64,000 nucleotides of DNA. Origin: a virus. The notes under the pieces are model-generated. The model ran no database searches, was not told the DNA's origin, and saw only the letters and a program-made list of their open reading frames with translations. Below are positions 55,041 through 64,000 of this stretch, one piece after another. Location: positions 1-64,000 of IMG/VR virus record IMGVR_UViG_3300010396_000010; one strand, 5' to 3'. Positions within the stretch are counted from its first letter, which is position 1, and every line of letters starts with the position of its first letter. Position numbers and translations under genes: made by a program.

Positions 55041-55289
55041 ATGACGCTCAAAGAACTGCGCGAGATCCGAGGGTACGCCCAGCGCGAAGTAGCAGATCGT
55101 CTGGGGATTAAGACGCCGAACACGATTAGTAATTGGGAGCGTGGGGCCACTCAGCCCGTCCTACCGATGCGTCGCCTATTAGCGGAGTTGTACGGCGTGA
55201 GCATCGTGGAAATTAACCAGGCGATTGATGAGACAGCGGCATCGCGCACCGGCACGACTACGCAGATAGACGCCATACAGGATCAATGA
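55041..55289 (+). CDS. XRE-family HTH regulator (Cro-like)
   Basis: LKELREIRGYAQREVADRLGIKTPNTISNWERG. Confidence 0.9.
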   Translation: MTLKELREIRGYAQREVADRLGIKTPNTISNWERGATQPVLPMRRLLAELYGVSIVEINQAIDETAASRTGTTTQIDAIQDQ

Positions 55290-55338
55290 ACGCAGGGGCG
55301 ATCTCCCCGAACGAGATCGCCCCTGCTGGTATTCACTC

Positions 55339-55740
55339 TTATTCGCGGGGCATCGTGACCTCATGCTGATGCCCGTTGGCGCACTCCCACACCTCAATGC
55401 CGGGATACGTCTCAATGGTATGGATAATGCGCTCCATCGCACCGCAGCGGGCGCAGGTGGACACGTCAATGATCGTTCCACGCTGGAGGTTGGGCGCGAG
55501 TGTCTCCACACTGGCACGCTCAATGAGCGCAGCTTGCACCTGCGCGATGTGGTGCTGGCACGCGAAATTGCCCAACAGTGACCCGCCCACTTGAATCAAC
55601 ACCGTAGCCAGTTGAAAGCATCGCACCGATCCAGCGAGTTCACAGCGAAAATCGTGCGTTCCTGTGATCGGCGTGCGAACAATTTGATAGATGCGTCCGT
55701 TGTGTTCCACCGACTGTTCTTGCTCTTGCATCTGCTTCAC
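55339..55740 (-). CDS. zinc-finger hypothetical protein
   Basis: CARCG...WECANGH motifs. Confidence 0.55.
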   Translation of the reverse strand: MKQMQEQEQSVEHNGRIYQIVRTPITGTHDFRCELAGSVRCFQLATVLIQVGGSLLGNFACQHHIAQVQAALIERASVETLAPNLQRGTIIDVSTCARCGAMERIIHTIETYPGIEVWECANGHQHEVTMPRE

Positions 55741-55743
55741 TCC

Positions 55744-56043
55744 TTATGCCCTTGCCAGAATGGCCTGTGTTTGTTGTTGCACCTGATCGAGGAAGGACTT
55801 GTAGCGCACCATGAATGAGACGATACACTGAAACGTTTCTGCTGATTCCGACAGCGCCAACAGTCCCTCTGCCTCATTCCTGAAATGGCACACTTCCCGC
55901 AGCACGCTTTCGGCGTATGCGCGAAACGCGCTGAACTGTGGACCTGCTGACCCATTGACTATCGCCCGCTGCTGCATCTCCATCTGGTCCATGCTCTGAA
56001 CCATTATTCGCAGTTGCGCCTGTACCATTGCATAGGGTGGCAT
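55744..56043 (-). CDS. helical hypothetical protein
   Basis: GGAG RBS. Confidence 0.5.
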   Translation of the reverse strand: MPPYAMVQAQLRIMVQSMDQMEMQQRAIVNGSAGPQFSAFRAYAESVLREVCHFRNEAEGLLALSESAETFQCIVSFMVRYKSFLDQVQQQTQAILARA

Positions 56044-56054
56044 CGTTTGTTCTC

Positions 56055-56285
56055 CTATCCTTGTGGTTCCACTAAGCGTCGTTCGCCGTTCTCCGACACC
56101 AATTCCACATGCGTCTTGTCGCCAAACTTCGCCCACCAGTTGACGGCCAGCGCCATCGCGTAATGCTCGTCACCGTCATAGGTTGACCAGTCCAAGAGGT
56201 TCCCCTTCTCATCCAGCACGCGCAACGTTTTCGTGTTGGTAGGGGGATCAGGAATGGGATCGTTAGCTACCGTTACACTTGCCAT
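56055..56285 (-). CDS. hypothetical protein
   Basis: AAGGAG RBS. Confidence 0.55.
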   Translation of the reverse strand: MASVTVANDPIPDPPTNTKTLRVLDEKGNLLDWSTYDGDEHYAMALAVNWWAKFGDKTHVELVSENGERRLVEPQG

Positions 56286-56358
56286 GTCGTTTCTCCTTAG
56301 AAATACCGTGTGCTTGCTCTAGGTTGCGATTTGTCAACCTCTAGAAGTGCGGTTTGCT

Positions 56359-57816
56359 TTAGGCTTCCTGTCGGTTATCTTCGCCCTTGTCGTCGCCTTG
56401 GCCTTTGCTTTGCTGGCGCGAGAACCAGTCTAAGAGCGACGGATGCAGTTTGCCCAGCGAACCTAGGGACTGGATAACGGCGCGGGCTGGCGCGGCGTAC
56501 ATCGTGCCAAACTTGTACCCCTGGCCTTGGCTAGATATAGTGGAGGACACGTAATCATCCGGCAATGTCCCGTCACTGAGCTTGGCTACGTCCTCTGTCG
56601 TCACCCAGATACCCCGCGCCTTGGTGGTGAGTTTTTCGCCGCTAGGCGCTTTCTTCCACAGATCCTTGACACGCTCAGGATCAACACTTAACGCAGCCAA
56701 GAGTGCGCCAAGTTCGTCTCTAGGCTTTCTCTGGACCCCTGGCAAACCCTGGCTAGCACTAGGTTTGCGCGATCCCTTGAACATTTTAGCCATATCCATT
56801 CCTGCGAGTTCAGGAAACTCTAGCGTCACCCATTCCGGCCACTCGCCGGTTCCTAGCACCGCTAAAATGGCAGCAGGAACTTTCCTTGCCGACTCCGCTT
56901 GCTGTTGCTGGATCTGGCGTTGGATGCGCTCTATCTCGTCTCTAGCTTCTCGCTTGGCGTTCTCTACCTCTTGCCGTGCCATGCTCTCAACGGCTCCTGG
57001 CATCACGGCATTGATACGCTGCATCAGAATATCGTCTGATTGCTTGTCTTTGTCGGTATAGCCGCCTAAGAGATGTCCAAAGAGCGGGTAAAGGACGGGC
57101 AAGTCTTTCAAGCCAAGTTGTCCAAGGCGGATATTTTGAAAAATGGTTTTCATTGCCCCGCCGACTTCTACCGCCAAGGATGTTTTCATTTCATCCTTGG
57201 TTGGCACCCGTTCGCCCGTCATGGACAGGTCAATCGCTACAACGGGCGCAGCAGCAGCGCGAAAGATCACCATGAGCCATGCGCCAAGATCGTGCGGATG
57301 TTCCTGGTTTGCCAACATCATCCCAAACGTGATACCCTCGATGGCTCCGATAAAGAGGACATAGAACGCATCGCCCACGCACTCGCCAAATGGTTTGTTG
57401 AGGCTACTCTTGTCGCGCCACGAGAAGGCATGCTTGATCATGACGATATCCATACCGAAGATCAAGGCTAGGATGATAAAGGTTTGAAACACCGAGACGG
57501 GATCGAGTGCGCCGATGCCATGCAGTTGATACGTGCGAACATCAGCCCTGATCGCGTTCCCGGCAAGCTGCATCAATGCGCCGAAGCTGAACAGAAACAT
57601 GAGTGGCAACGAAAGAGCGCGGGCAACCTTGCGCACCCACGCACCATGATCGGTGACGCCTAATTCCTCTTGCTTCTCGCCAAAGAGAAACACGCGCAAA
57701 CCGCCGATGAGGCCATGTCGCAGTTTTGGTGGTGGCGTGCGATTCTGTTGTCCCTCCCCCTGACCGTGTTGATCAGGGGGAGAAACGGTGCGAACGATTG
57801 TCGGTTGCGCGGCCAT
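56359..57816 (-). CDS. multi-pass membrane protein with cytoplasmic coiled-coil domain
   Basis: About four TM segments in the N-terminal half; GGAGG RBS. Confidence 0.7.
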   Translation of the reverse strand: MAAQPTIVRTVSPPDQHGQGEGQQNRTPPPKLRHGLIGGLRVFLFGEKQEELGVTDHGAWVRKVARALSLPLMFLFSFGALMQLAGNAIRADVRTYQLHGIGALDPVSVFQTFIILALIFGMDIVMIKHAFSWRDKSSLNKPFGECVGDAFYVLFIGAIEGITFGMMLANQEHPHDLGAWLMVIFRAAAAPVVAIDLSMTGERVPTKDEMKTSLAVEVGGAMKTIFQNIRLGQLGLKDLPVLYPLFGHLLGGYTDKDKQSDDILMQRINAVMPGAVESMARQEVENAKREARDEIERIQRQIQQQQAESARKVPAAILAVLGTGEWPEWVTLEFPELAGMDMAKMFKGSRKPSASQGLPGVQRKPRDELGALLAALSVDPERVKDLWKKAPSGEKLTTKARGIWVTTEDVAKLSDGTLPDDYVSSTISSQGQGYKFGTMYAAPARAVIQSLGSLGKLHPSLLDWFSRQQSKGQGDDKGEDNRQEA

Positions 57817-57818
57817 TG

Positions 57819-58280
57819 CTATACCTCCGTCGCCACGCGACCACGAATCCGCTGCAACAGTTCCTCCCTTGTCGGTGCAGGGGGAATGTCTCGATACAGT
57901 GCCAGTTGCGATTGCGCCGAAACCATTTCACGCTGCACCACCGCAAGGTCGTCCTGAATCTGCTGCATCTGCGCATCGGTGAGCGGTTCACCATTAAACC
58001 TATTCAGCATCCAGTTACCACCAGCGCCGCTCAGTGCCTCTATGCCGCTTAGTCCTGAATGCATCAACGCATGAACGGCATCACTGAGTGGCCTGGCATA
58101 GTCAGCGGCTTCTTTTGCCCATGCGGCAAGGGCGGACTCCTGATGACCGCCCTGCGCCAACAGATCCAACGTCTGCTGTTCAATGCGTGCAAAAGCAGCG
58201 GTGATCTGCGTGGCATCGGCCAGCAGAGGAAAGACGTTTTGGCAGATGAAATCTGCCTGGGTTTCTTGGAGTGTTGGCAT
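57819..58280 (-). CDS. hypothetical protein
   Basis: Tightly packed operon. Confidence 0.55.
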   Translation of the reverse strand: MPTLQETQADFICQNVFPLLADATQITAAFARIEQQTLDLLAQGGHQESALAAWAKEAADYARPLSDAVHALMHSGLSGIEALSGAGGNWMLNRFNGEPLTDAQMQQIQDDLAVVQREMVSAQSQLALYRDIPPAPTREELLQRIRGRVATEV

Positions 58281-58491
58281 CGTTATTTTCCTGCGCCTTG
58301 CGCTTCAACGCTGGTGGCGAGTGCTACGATCTTTTGCCGCGCACTCTCTGCACGTTGCGCAGCGGTTTCCAGCGTAGTTGCATCGACTTGCCCAGCCTGA
58401 TAGGCTTGCGCGGCGCGGCCATAGGCTTCACAGGCGTCGGCGTGTTCATCGAGCAGCGTTTGCAATGCCGCTTCAAATGGTTGTTGGGGCA

Positions 58492-58947
58492 TTAGAAATG
58501 CCCTCCTTCCAACTCGGCAGGATCTTTGTCGCAATAGGCGCAGTGGTTGACCACGTCATGAATGCGGCGATGGGCGCGTGCCTGGTAGCCTGGGCCGTAT
58601 GTGGTGGCATCATCACGGTCATACTGCGCATGAAGTTCAATATGAAATCGGATGTCGCGCTCTTGATCGCCGCGCCGGACAATCACATGCCATTCGCCGT
58701 CACCCATGAAGTAGCAACTGGCTATGCTCCATCGCTTCTCAATCAACGCCTGCACGATCCGAGTATCGGTGTCCCAAATGTTCCACGTGCCGCGCGGCCC
58801 GGCTGACTGATAGGCGTACACGTCCTCACCAACGAGCGCACGCTGGCGATAGAGGGCGCGTTCATAGTTGCTAATAAACTGCGCCGGGATGAGGTCGATG
58901 GATTCCGCATTCGTGGGCTTGTGGTAACGCTGGAATAATCTATTCAT
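58492..58947 (-). CDS. hypothetical protein
   Basis: Packed operon; HCAYC motif. Confidence 0.55.
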   Translation of the reverse strand: MNRLFQRYHKPTNAESIDLIPAQFISNYERALYRQRALVGEDVYAYQSAGPRGTWNIWDTDTRIVQALIEKRWSIASCYFMGDGEWHVIVRRGDQERDIRFHIELHAQYDRDDATTYGPGYQARAHRRIHDVVNHCAYCDKDPAELEGGHF

Positions 58948-58953
58948 GGTGCA

Positions 58954-59430
58954 TCACTTCCTCAGCACGTAATCCGTTGCAGTGCTGACACACGACGCAA
59001 GGACGGTGATCTGTTCATCGGAGATGACGCCTTGCAGCACATGGGGCAGCATAGTAACCAGATTATCAACAATGGTCACGCTTCCATTGCCATAAGCGTT
59101 GAAGGCGTTGATCTCGAACCCATCTTCATCGACATACTGCGCGTCAACACCCCACATGGCAGCAGCTTCATTGACACGTAACGGCGATTGATAATCACGC
59201 CGACCAAAACGGAACAACAGATCGACGTGCGTGATGATACTGTGCGTTTCCTTCACGGACAGGCGTGGCGTGCTATCGGGCCAGCGCACGCGCCCCAACA
59301 CACACACATAGGGATACTCAGGGGTAATGCGATGCAAAGTCATAAGGCGACGCACCGCGCCGATGATAGCTTGGCGCACGACCTCCGAGCGATCTTGCTG
59401 ATCAACAACGATAGGTGGTAAACTGGACAT
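58954..59430 (-). CDS. hypothetical protein
   Basis: AAAGGAG RBS. Confidence 0.6.
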   Translation of the reverse strand: MSSLPPIVVDQQDRSEVVRQAIIGAVRRLMTLHRITPEYPYVCVLGRVRWPDSTPRLSVKETHSIITHVDLLFRFGRRDYQSPLRVNEAAAMWGVDAQYVDEDGFEINAFNAYGNGSVTIVDNLVTMLPHVLQGVISDEQITVLASCVSTATDYVLRK

Positions 59431-59514
59431 GACAACTCCTTTCCAGAGTGAATCACTGGATGGGATGAGTGGAGAGCGCCCAGACTCTTGACGGGGGACG
59501 GGGCGCTTCTTTCA

Positions 59515-60009
59515 TTACGCTGCGGTTTTCATCATCCGCAAGGCTTTTTCGATGGCCTTCACGCCTTTTTCGAGCGAGGTCTTCTTGCCTTTGAGCGCCT
59601 TCGCTTGCGCGGAAAGACCAGCTTCCGCGAGTTTGGCACGCATACCGGCGACGAGCTGGATCGCATCATCGACGTTCAGCGCCTTGGTGTTGATGATCAG
59701 TGGCGCATCTTTGATGTTCGCGCCACTGATCTCATTGTTCACTGCTTTGTTGAACGTCGTTTTGCTTTGCTTCAATTCGCGTTCGCACTCCACCAGCGCA
59801 TCCACCAGCGCGTTATAGGCGTCGAGCGGGCCTTCCAGTGCGCGAAAGACGCCGTTGGCGGCGATGTCCAACGTCACTGGGAGATTGATCGCCTGACCAC
59901 GTTTCCCTTTCTTCGCCTCGGGTGCTGCGGGCGCACTCTGTACAGCAGACTTTGCCGCTTCTTCCGCTTCCATTTCCCGCAAGATCTCGTCGTCGGTTTT
60001 CTCTGCCAT
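59515..60009 (-). CDS. Lys/Ala-rich coiled-coil protein
   Basis: AAGGAG RBS. Confidence 0.6.
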   Translation of the reverse strand: MAEKTDDEILREMEAEEAAKSAVQSAPAAPEAKKGKRGQAINLPVTLDIAANGVFRALEGPLDAYNALVDALVECERELKQSKTTFNKAVNNEISGANIKDAPLIINTKALNVDDAIQLVAGMRAKLAEAGLSAQAKALKGKKTSLEKGVKAIEKALRMMKTAA

Positions 60010-60160
60010 TGTCGTTGCTCCTTATCATGTTCCTGTTGGCAATCTTGCCGTTCTCGCAAATCTGTGGCATACTCAAAGAGTAGCTTAGTAGCATTGTACC
60101 GAACAATGCCTACGTTGTCAAGGGGTAACTTCTACAAATTGACTACAGGAGGACAGACGC

Positions 60161-60391
60161 ATGGGAGATGAGCAAATGGAAGTCATACGCAAGGGCAGTG
60201 AGATCAAGGTCGATGGCAACGTTTTCATCTCGGTCAACCAAGTGGCACGCAATCCCCTCTACACCACAGACGGCCTCGATGACCTGGTGAAGTCCGGAAA
60301 AGTGCGGGCATTCCAGGCGCACGGCAAGGTGTACTACAGCAAAGACGACCTCGACAAAGCGTTCCCTATCGGTTTCGTGCAACCCGAATAA
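60161..60391 (+). CDS. small winged-HTH/Xis-like protein
   Basis: ISVNQVA..LVKSGKVRAF..GKVYYSKDDLD; GGAGG RBS. Confidence 0.5.
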   Translation: MGDEQMEVIRKGSEIKVDGNVFISVNQVARNPLYTTDGLDDLVKSGKVRAFQAHGKVYYSKDDLDKAFPIGFVQPE

Positions 60392-60931
60392 CCCCATAGC
60401 CCGACAAGCGCATGTCGGGCTATTCCTTTAGCCCATATTACTAATAGTTGACATGAAGATGCTGATATGCTAGAATGCCTATATCACCTGTAGGCACAGG
60501 GATTTTACAAATTGGTTGGAGGACGACATGGACACCATTCAGGAAAAGTACAGCAAGAACAAGGCTTTTCGCCTGGCGAAACAGGACTTGTACGGCGACT
60601 GCGCGAAGTGTCGCAAAGAGTTCGCGCAAGGCGAAATGGCTTACAAGGATGTCATGACGGGCAAGGCTTCACACGTCACGTGCAGGGCGAAGGGGAAATA
60701 GCATGACGGAACAAACACCAGAGGAACAAATACGTATCCTCACGAGCAACCTCAATCGGGAAATAGCCGAGAATAATAGGTTACGCCGCAGGAAGAACGC
60801 ATTGATCATAGAAAACTGCGAACTGCACTTGCGGCTCATCGCACTGTCACCAATAGCAGGGATACGCCGCGTGGCAGCGCGGATCAAGTCCCAACGCGCT
60901 AAGAAAGACTAGCAGAAAGCAGGAACCAGTA

Positions 60932-61582
60932 ATGTACGTAGGGTGGGATAACCAGGAACACGAAGATCTGGAAATGGAAAACATGCTGCGCGATGTCGCT
61001 GAGGAACGGCGCGAACGACTGCGCGGCCCACAAAGCCTTGATGACATCTACGCCTACGCGCTCATCGTGTTTGACTTAGATGGGGTGTTAGTGAAACCCA
61101 TCGTCGGCGACAAGCGCACCGGACACTTCCGCGCCCATGCCCATGACTGGAAGCTACTCCCTGGACACTATGACGCCATCCGCGCACTGCATGAGCAGGT
61201 CCAGATCGCCATCGCCACAAACCAGGGCAGCGCGGCATTCAACATCATGCACCCCAACGACATCAAGCGCGCCGTCGATGATGCGGCGTACCTCTTGGGC
61301 ATCTACCTCGTCTACATCTGCTTCGACCACCCGAAAGGCACCAATCCCAAATGGGCGCATGAAACCTACATGCGCAAGCCTGGTCCGGGTATGTTGCAGC
61401 GGGCGATGTTCGATGCAAACACCGAACCAGAGCGCACATTGTTTGTCGGCGACCGCGAGGAAGATGCTCAGGCAGCGCACAACGCCGGTTGCGCCTTCAT
61501 GCGGGCTGACCAGTTCTTCGCACTGCTAACGGGCGCGTCACCAGCAGTGGCAGCAGTACCAGCAGAAGATTATCCATTCTGA
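60932..61582 (+). CDS. HAD-IIIA phosphatase (GmhB/HisB-N-like)
   Basis: FDLDGVL, IATNQGS, RKPGPGML and FVGDREED motifs. Confidence 0.88.
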   Translation: MYVGWDNQEHEDLEMENMLRDVAEERRERLRGPQSLDDIYAYALIVFDLDGVLVKPIVGDKRTGHFRAHAHDWKLLPGHYDAIRALHEQVQIAIATNQGSAAFNIMHPNDIKRAVDDAAYLLGIYLVYICFDHPKGTNPKWAHETYMRKPGPGMLQRAMFDANTEPERTLFVGDREEDAQAAHNAGCAFMRADQFFALLTGASPAVAAVPAEDYPF

Positions 61583-61598
61583 GAAAGGCACCGACACG

Positions 61599-61868
61599 AT
61601 GGCAAACACCAACCTAGAATCAGTCATTGCTGAGACGGAACGAGATTTACATGGCGTGCGTTCCCGCCTGAAAGTGGCGATGAGTCACCTGGCCGAAGAA
61701 CTGGAATATTATGCCAGAGCTTTAGGTGAGGGAGGCTACGAAGTTAGCAAACAAGGCATCATACGAGACAAAGGCACTGAGATTGATACACTCTGCGCCC
61801 GCTATTTCACACTGAAAGAAACGGTGGAGCGGTTGCAGTGGCTAAAGAGCAAGGAAGAAGGGAAGTAG
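61599..61868 (+). CDS. hypothetical protein
   Basis: GAAAGG RBS; packed. Confidence 0.55.
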   Translation: MANTNLESVIAETERDLHGVRSRLKVAMSHLAEELEYYARALGEGGYEVSKQGIIRDKGTEIDTLCARYFTLKETVERLQWLKSKEEGK

Positions 61869-61873
61869 CGGCG

Positions 61874-62335
61874 ATGCGACCACCTTGCGAATGCTGCGGC
61901 GAAACGATGGATGATGATTATTGCCGCACCTGCGAACCACACATTGAATCGCGCCCGCATCCCCAAAGCCAATCGGGGGCGCACCTACCCTACTGCACCA
62001 AGCACAATCGCTGGCTGGCAGAGCCAACACTCAGCGACATGAAAGATTGGAAGACAACGACAATGGCGAAACCCAAGCAGTACAAAGCCTGTGGGCAGAA
62101 CGTGGACCGTGCGACATTCCGCAGCCTCTTGATTCAGTCACAGGCGAAACGTCTCTTGGAGGAATTTGAGGAAGATAATCCCAAGTCTCGCAAGGGATCG
62201 ACGTACAAAGAAGATGCGATGTGGAACAGCATCTTAGAAATGCGCAAGGTGGTGAAGGAGATGGCTGAACGCCTTCGCGCCTGGGCCAAACAGGAAAAGG
62301 ACGTAGATCTCGCAGATTATTGGAAAGAGGACTAG
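61874..62335 (+). CDS. zinc-finger hypothetical protein
   Basis: CECCG..YCRTC..YCTKH motifs. Confidence 0.55.
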   Translation: MRPPCECCGETMDDDYCRTCEPHIESRPHPQSQSGAHLPYCTKHNRWLAEPTLSDMKDWKTTTMAKPKQYKACGQNVDRATFRSLLIQSQAKRLLEEFEEDNPKSRKGSTYKEDAMWNSILEMRKVVKEMAERLRAWAKQEKDVDLADYWKED

Positions 62336-62807
62336 CCATGACACAGCCGACGAAACCAACAGACATCATCGTGCCTGAACTGATCCGCGACGCCAGTAGC
62401 TACTTCGAGACGACCGGCGAGATGCCCGTCATCACCGCTGAGCAAGATCCCCTCCTCAACGATGTGGTCGCGCACATCGAGGGATGCGCGACTTGTCGGA
62501 GTGGCGTGGCGTGTCCGACATACGATGCCTTCTTTTATAAAGTCACCTTCATGGAGATTGGGGGGAACAATGACACGCAAGACACAACTAGCCAAGAACA
62601 TTGAAGAGGCGGGATGGGGTAAGTCGCCAGCATCGCAGAAGTGGCACTACTTCCCTGCCCAAGAAACAACATCTCTGTGCAGTCGCATCGGCTTCTTCTT
62701 CGGGGAGCGCGAGACGGGGAACGATGAATCATCCAGCAATTGCGCGGCATGCAAGAAGAAACTGGCAGCACAGCAGAAACGCGAAGCGAAGAAAGTGAAG
62801 GCAACTC

Positions 62808-63428
62808 ATGAATAAGGAACACCGCAAGCGCAAGATGGCTAAGGTCCGCCTGTATATCCAAGAGCGGTCGCACAAACTTGGAGAGAACATCGGCGTGTTT
62901 CTGGTAATCATGGTCATTTTCGCAGTGGCCTACACCATTTGCTATGCCGCCATCGGGGCGTTCACACACTGGCTGCACTTTGGCAGTGATGATGGGAATC
63001 AGATTGTCAGCTTCATCGCTGGCATCATCTTGGGTGTCTGGCTGATAGCCAACCTAAAGTACCTGATAACCTTCATCGAGTGGTGGCAGGAACCAGAAGA
63101 AGATGATGTGCCACGCACACCTGTCACCACGCCGCGCCCTGTCACGGCTACGTTTACCGGCGACGTGATGACGGGCGAAGGTCACACATGGCTGGAAGTG
63201 CCAATCTCCACGATGGACGGCGGGGATCGCATCTATTACGTGCGCCTCCACACGGACAGCGACCTTTGCGCAATGGTGCTGCGCAAAAGCGAGGGCAAGG
63301 AACTGAGAGTCGGCGGTTCGGTGTTCATGCCGGACGACGACGAGCGCGACGAATACGATCTGCTCATGGTGGTAACGGATGTCAGTACCGTGAGCGAACA
63401 GAACGCGAAAGAGGAAGTAAAGGCATGA
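62808..63428 (+). CDS. two-TM membrane protein
   Basis: Two hydrophobic helices plus a soluble C-terminal domain. Confidence 0.6.
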   Translation: MNKEHRKRKMAKVRLYIQERSHKLGENIGVFLVIMVIFAVAYTICYAAIGAFTHWLHFGSDDGNQIVSFIAGIILGVWLIANLKYLITFIEWWQEPEEDDVPRTPVTTPRPVTATFTGDVMTGEGHTWLEVPISTMDGGDRIYYVRLHTDSDLCAMVLRKSEGKELRVGGSVFMPDDDERDEYDLLMVVTDVSTVSEQNAKEEVKA

Positions 63429-63778
63429 GCTGGGGAAAAGCCAGGCGCGTAGACACGCCAGATGGGTTTATGTTCCTCACACCGCCCCGATGGTTCAATG
63501 CACTGCATCTATTGGGCAAGAAGAAACAACGAGGCTACGCTGGTTTGGCATATATCGCCTACTGGATGCAGCACGAGCCATCACGTCTATCCTTCGGGAA
63601 GAAACCTCTGACCTGGTTGCTGGTGAACTATTATCCGATTTACTGGCTGATCGTCAGCCTCCGAACGCTGGGCAAGCGCCTGTTGGGAGTGGCGATCCTC
63701 CTTGCCGTCCTGGGCGTGCCGTTCATGCTTGGCTACCTTGTCGGAGCCATCCACCACATCAGCATCACTATCAAGTAG
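63425..63778 (+). CDS. membrane protein
   Basis: ATGA overlap; hydrophobic C-terminus. Confidence 0.55.
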   Translation: MSWGKARRVDTPDGFMFLTPPRWFNALHLLGKKKQRGYAGLAYIAYWMQHEPSRLSFGKKPLTWLLVNYYPIYWLIVSLRTLGKRLLGVAILLAVLGVPFMLGYLVGAIHHISITIK

Positions 63779-64000
63779 TTACACAAGTACGATTTCCCGC
63801 TGTGGCGGGCGAGAGGAAAAACGACGATGGCAGAACAAGAACAGCCAAAAGAAAACTTCGGTCCCTGGGAGTTTCAGCAGTACATCAACAACGCCATCAA
63901 CGAGGCGATTATGATGTATGAGCGCGACTGTCCCCATAGTGTCGCAAAAGTGAATTGGAATTTTACGTTCACCGACCGCGAATACTTGGAACGCAAGAAA

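Noticed and set aside
1-64000. CRISPR array, reverse transcriptase/DGR/retron, rRNA
   Set aside because: No regularly spaced repeat-spacer array, no YxDD RT ORF, no TR/VR pair and no rRNA-like sequence seen.

Overview
The whole window reads as a temperate tailed phage (siphovirus-like; prophage or free phage contig, about 57-60% GC by eye). The host is unknown. The IscB, RpoD-like sigma factor and endolysin N-terminus suggest Chloroflexota/Ktedonobacteria, but this is an impression and untested. Layout: (1) 3' end of an IscB element. (2) Plus-strand recombination/replication block: Rad52-like protein, VRR-NUC, initiator with iterons, DnaC-like loader, Dam MTase with an HNH insert, RpoD-like sigma. 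(3) Plus-strand tail-fibre/lysis block. (4) Ser/Thr kinase, repressor, attP-like site, integrase/excisionase, J-domain protein and a second tyrosine recombinase. (5) A small non-coding transcription unit containing a tRNA-like RNA. (6) A long minus-strand morphogenesis operon from terL to tail. (7) An oppositely oriented cassette between terL and terS, with a structured leader RNA, a type II hammerhead ribozyme, four small ORFs each preceded by hairpin-ATCACAAG...GAGACAA, and a perfect 60-bp palindrome. (8) ParB and many small early genes. The most unusual signals are the 49.0-50.65 kb cassette, the 23.3-23.7 kb ncRNA unit, a genome-wide 13-bp asymmetric motif overlapping -35 boxes, and an HNH insert that replaced the dam 3' end. 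All calls come from motif reading only; no searches were run.
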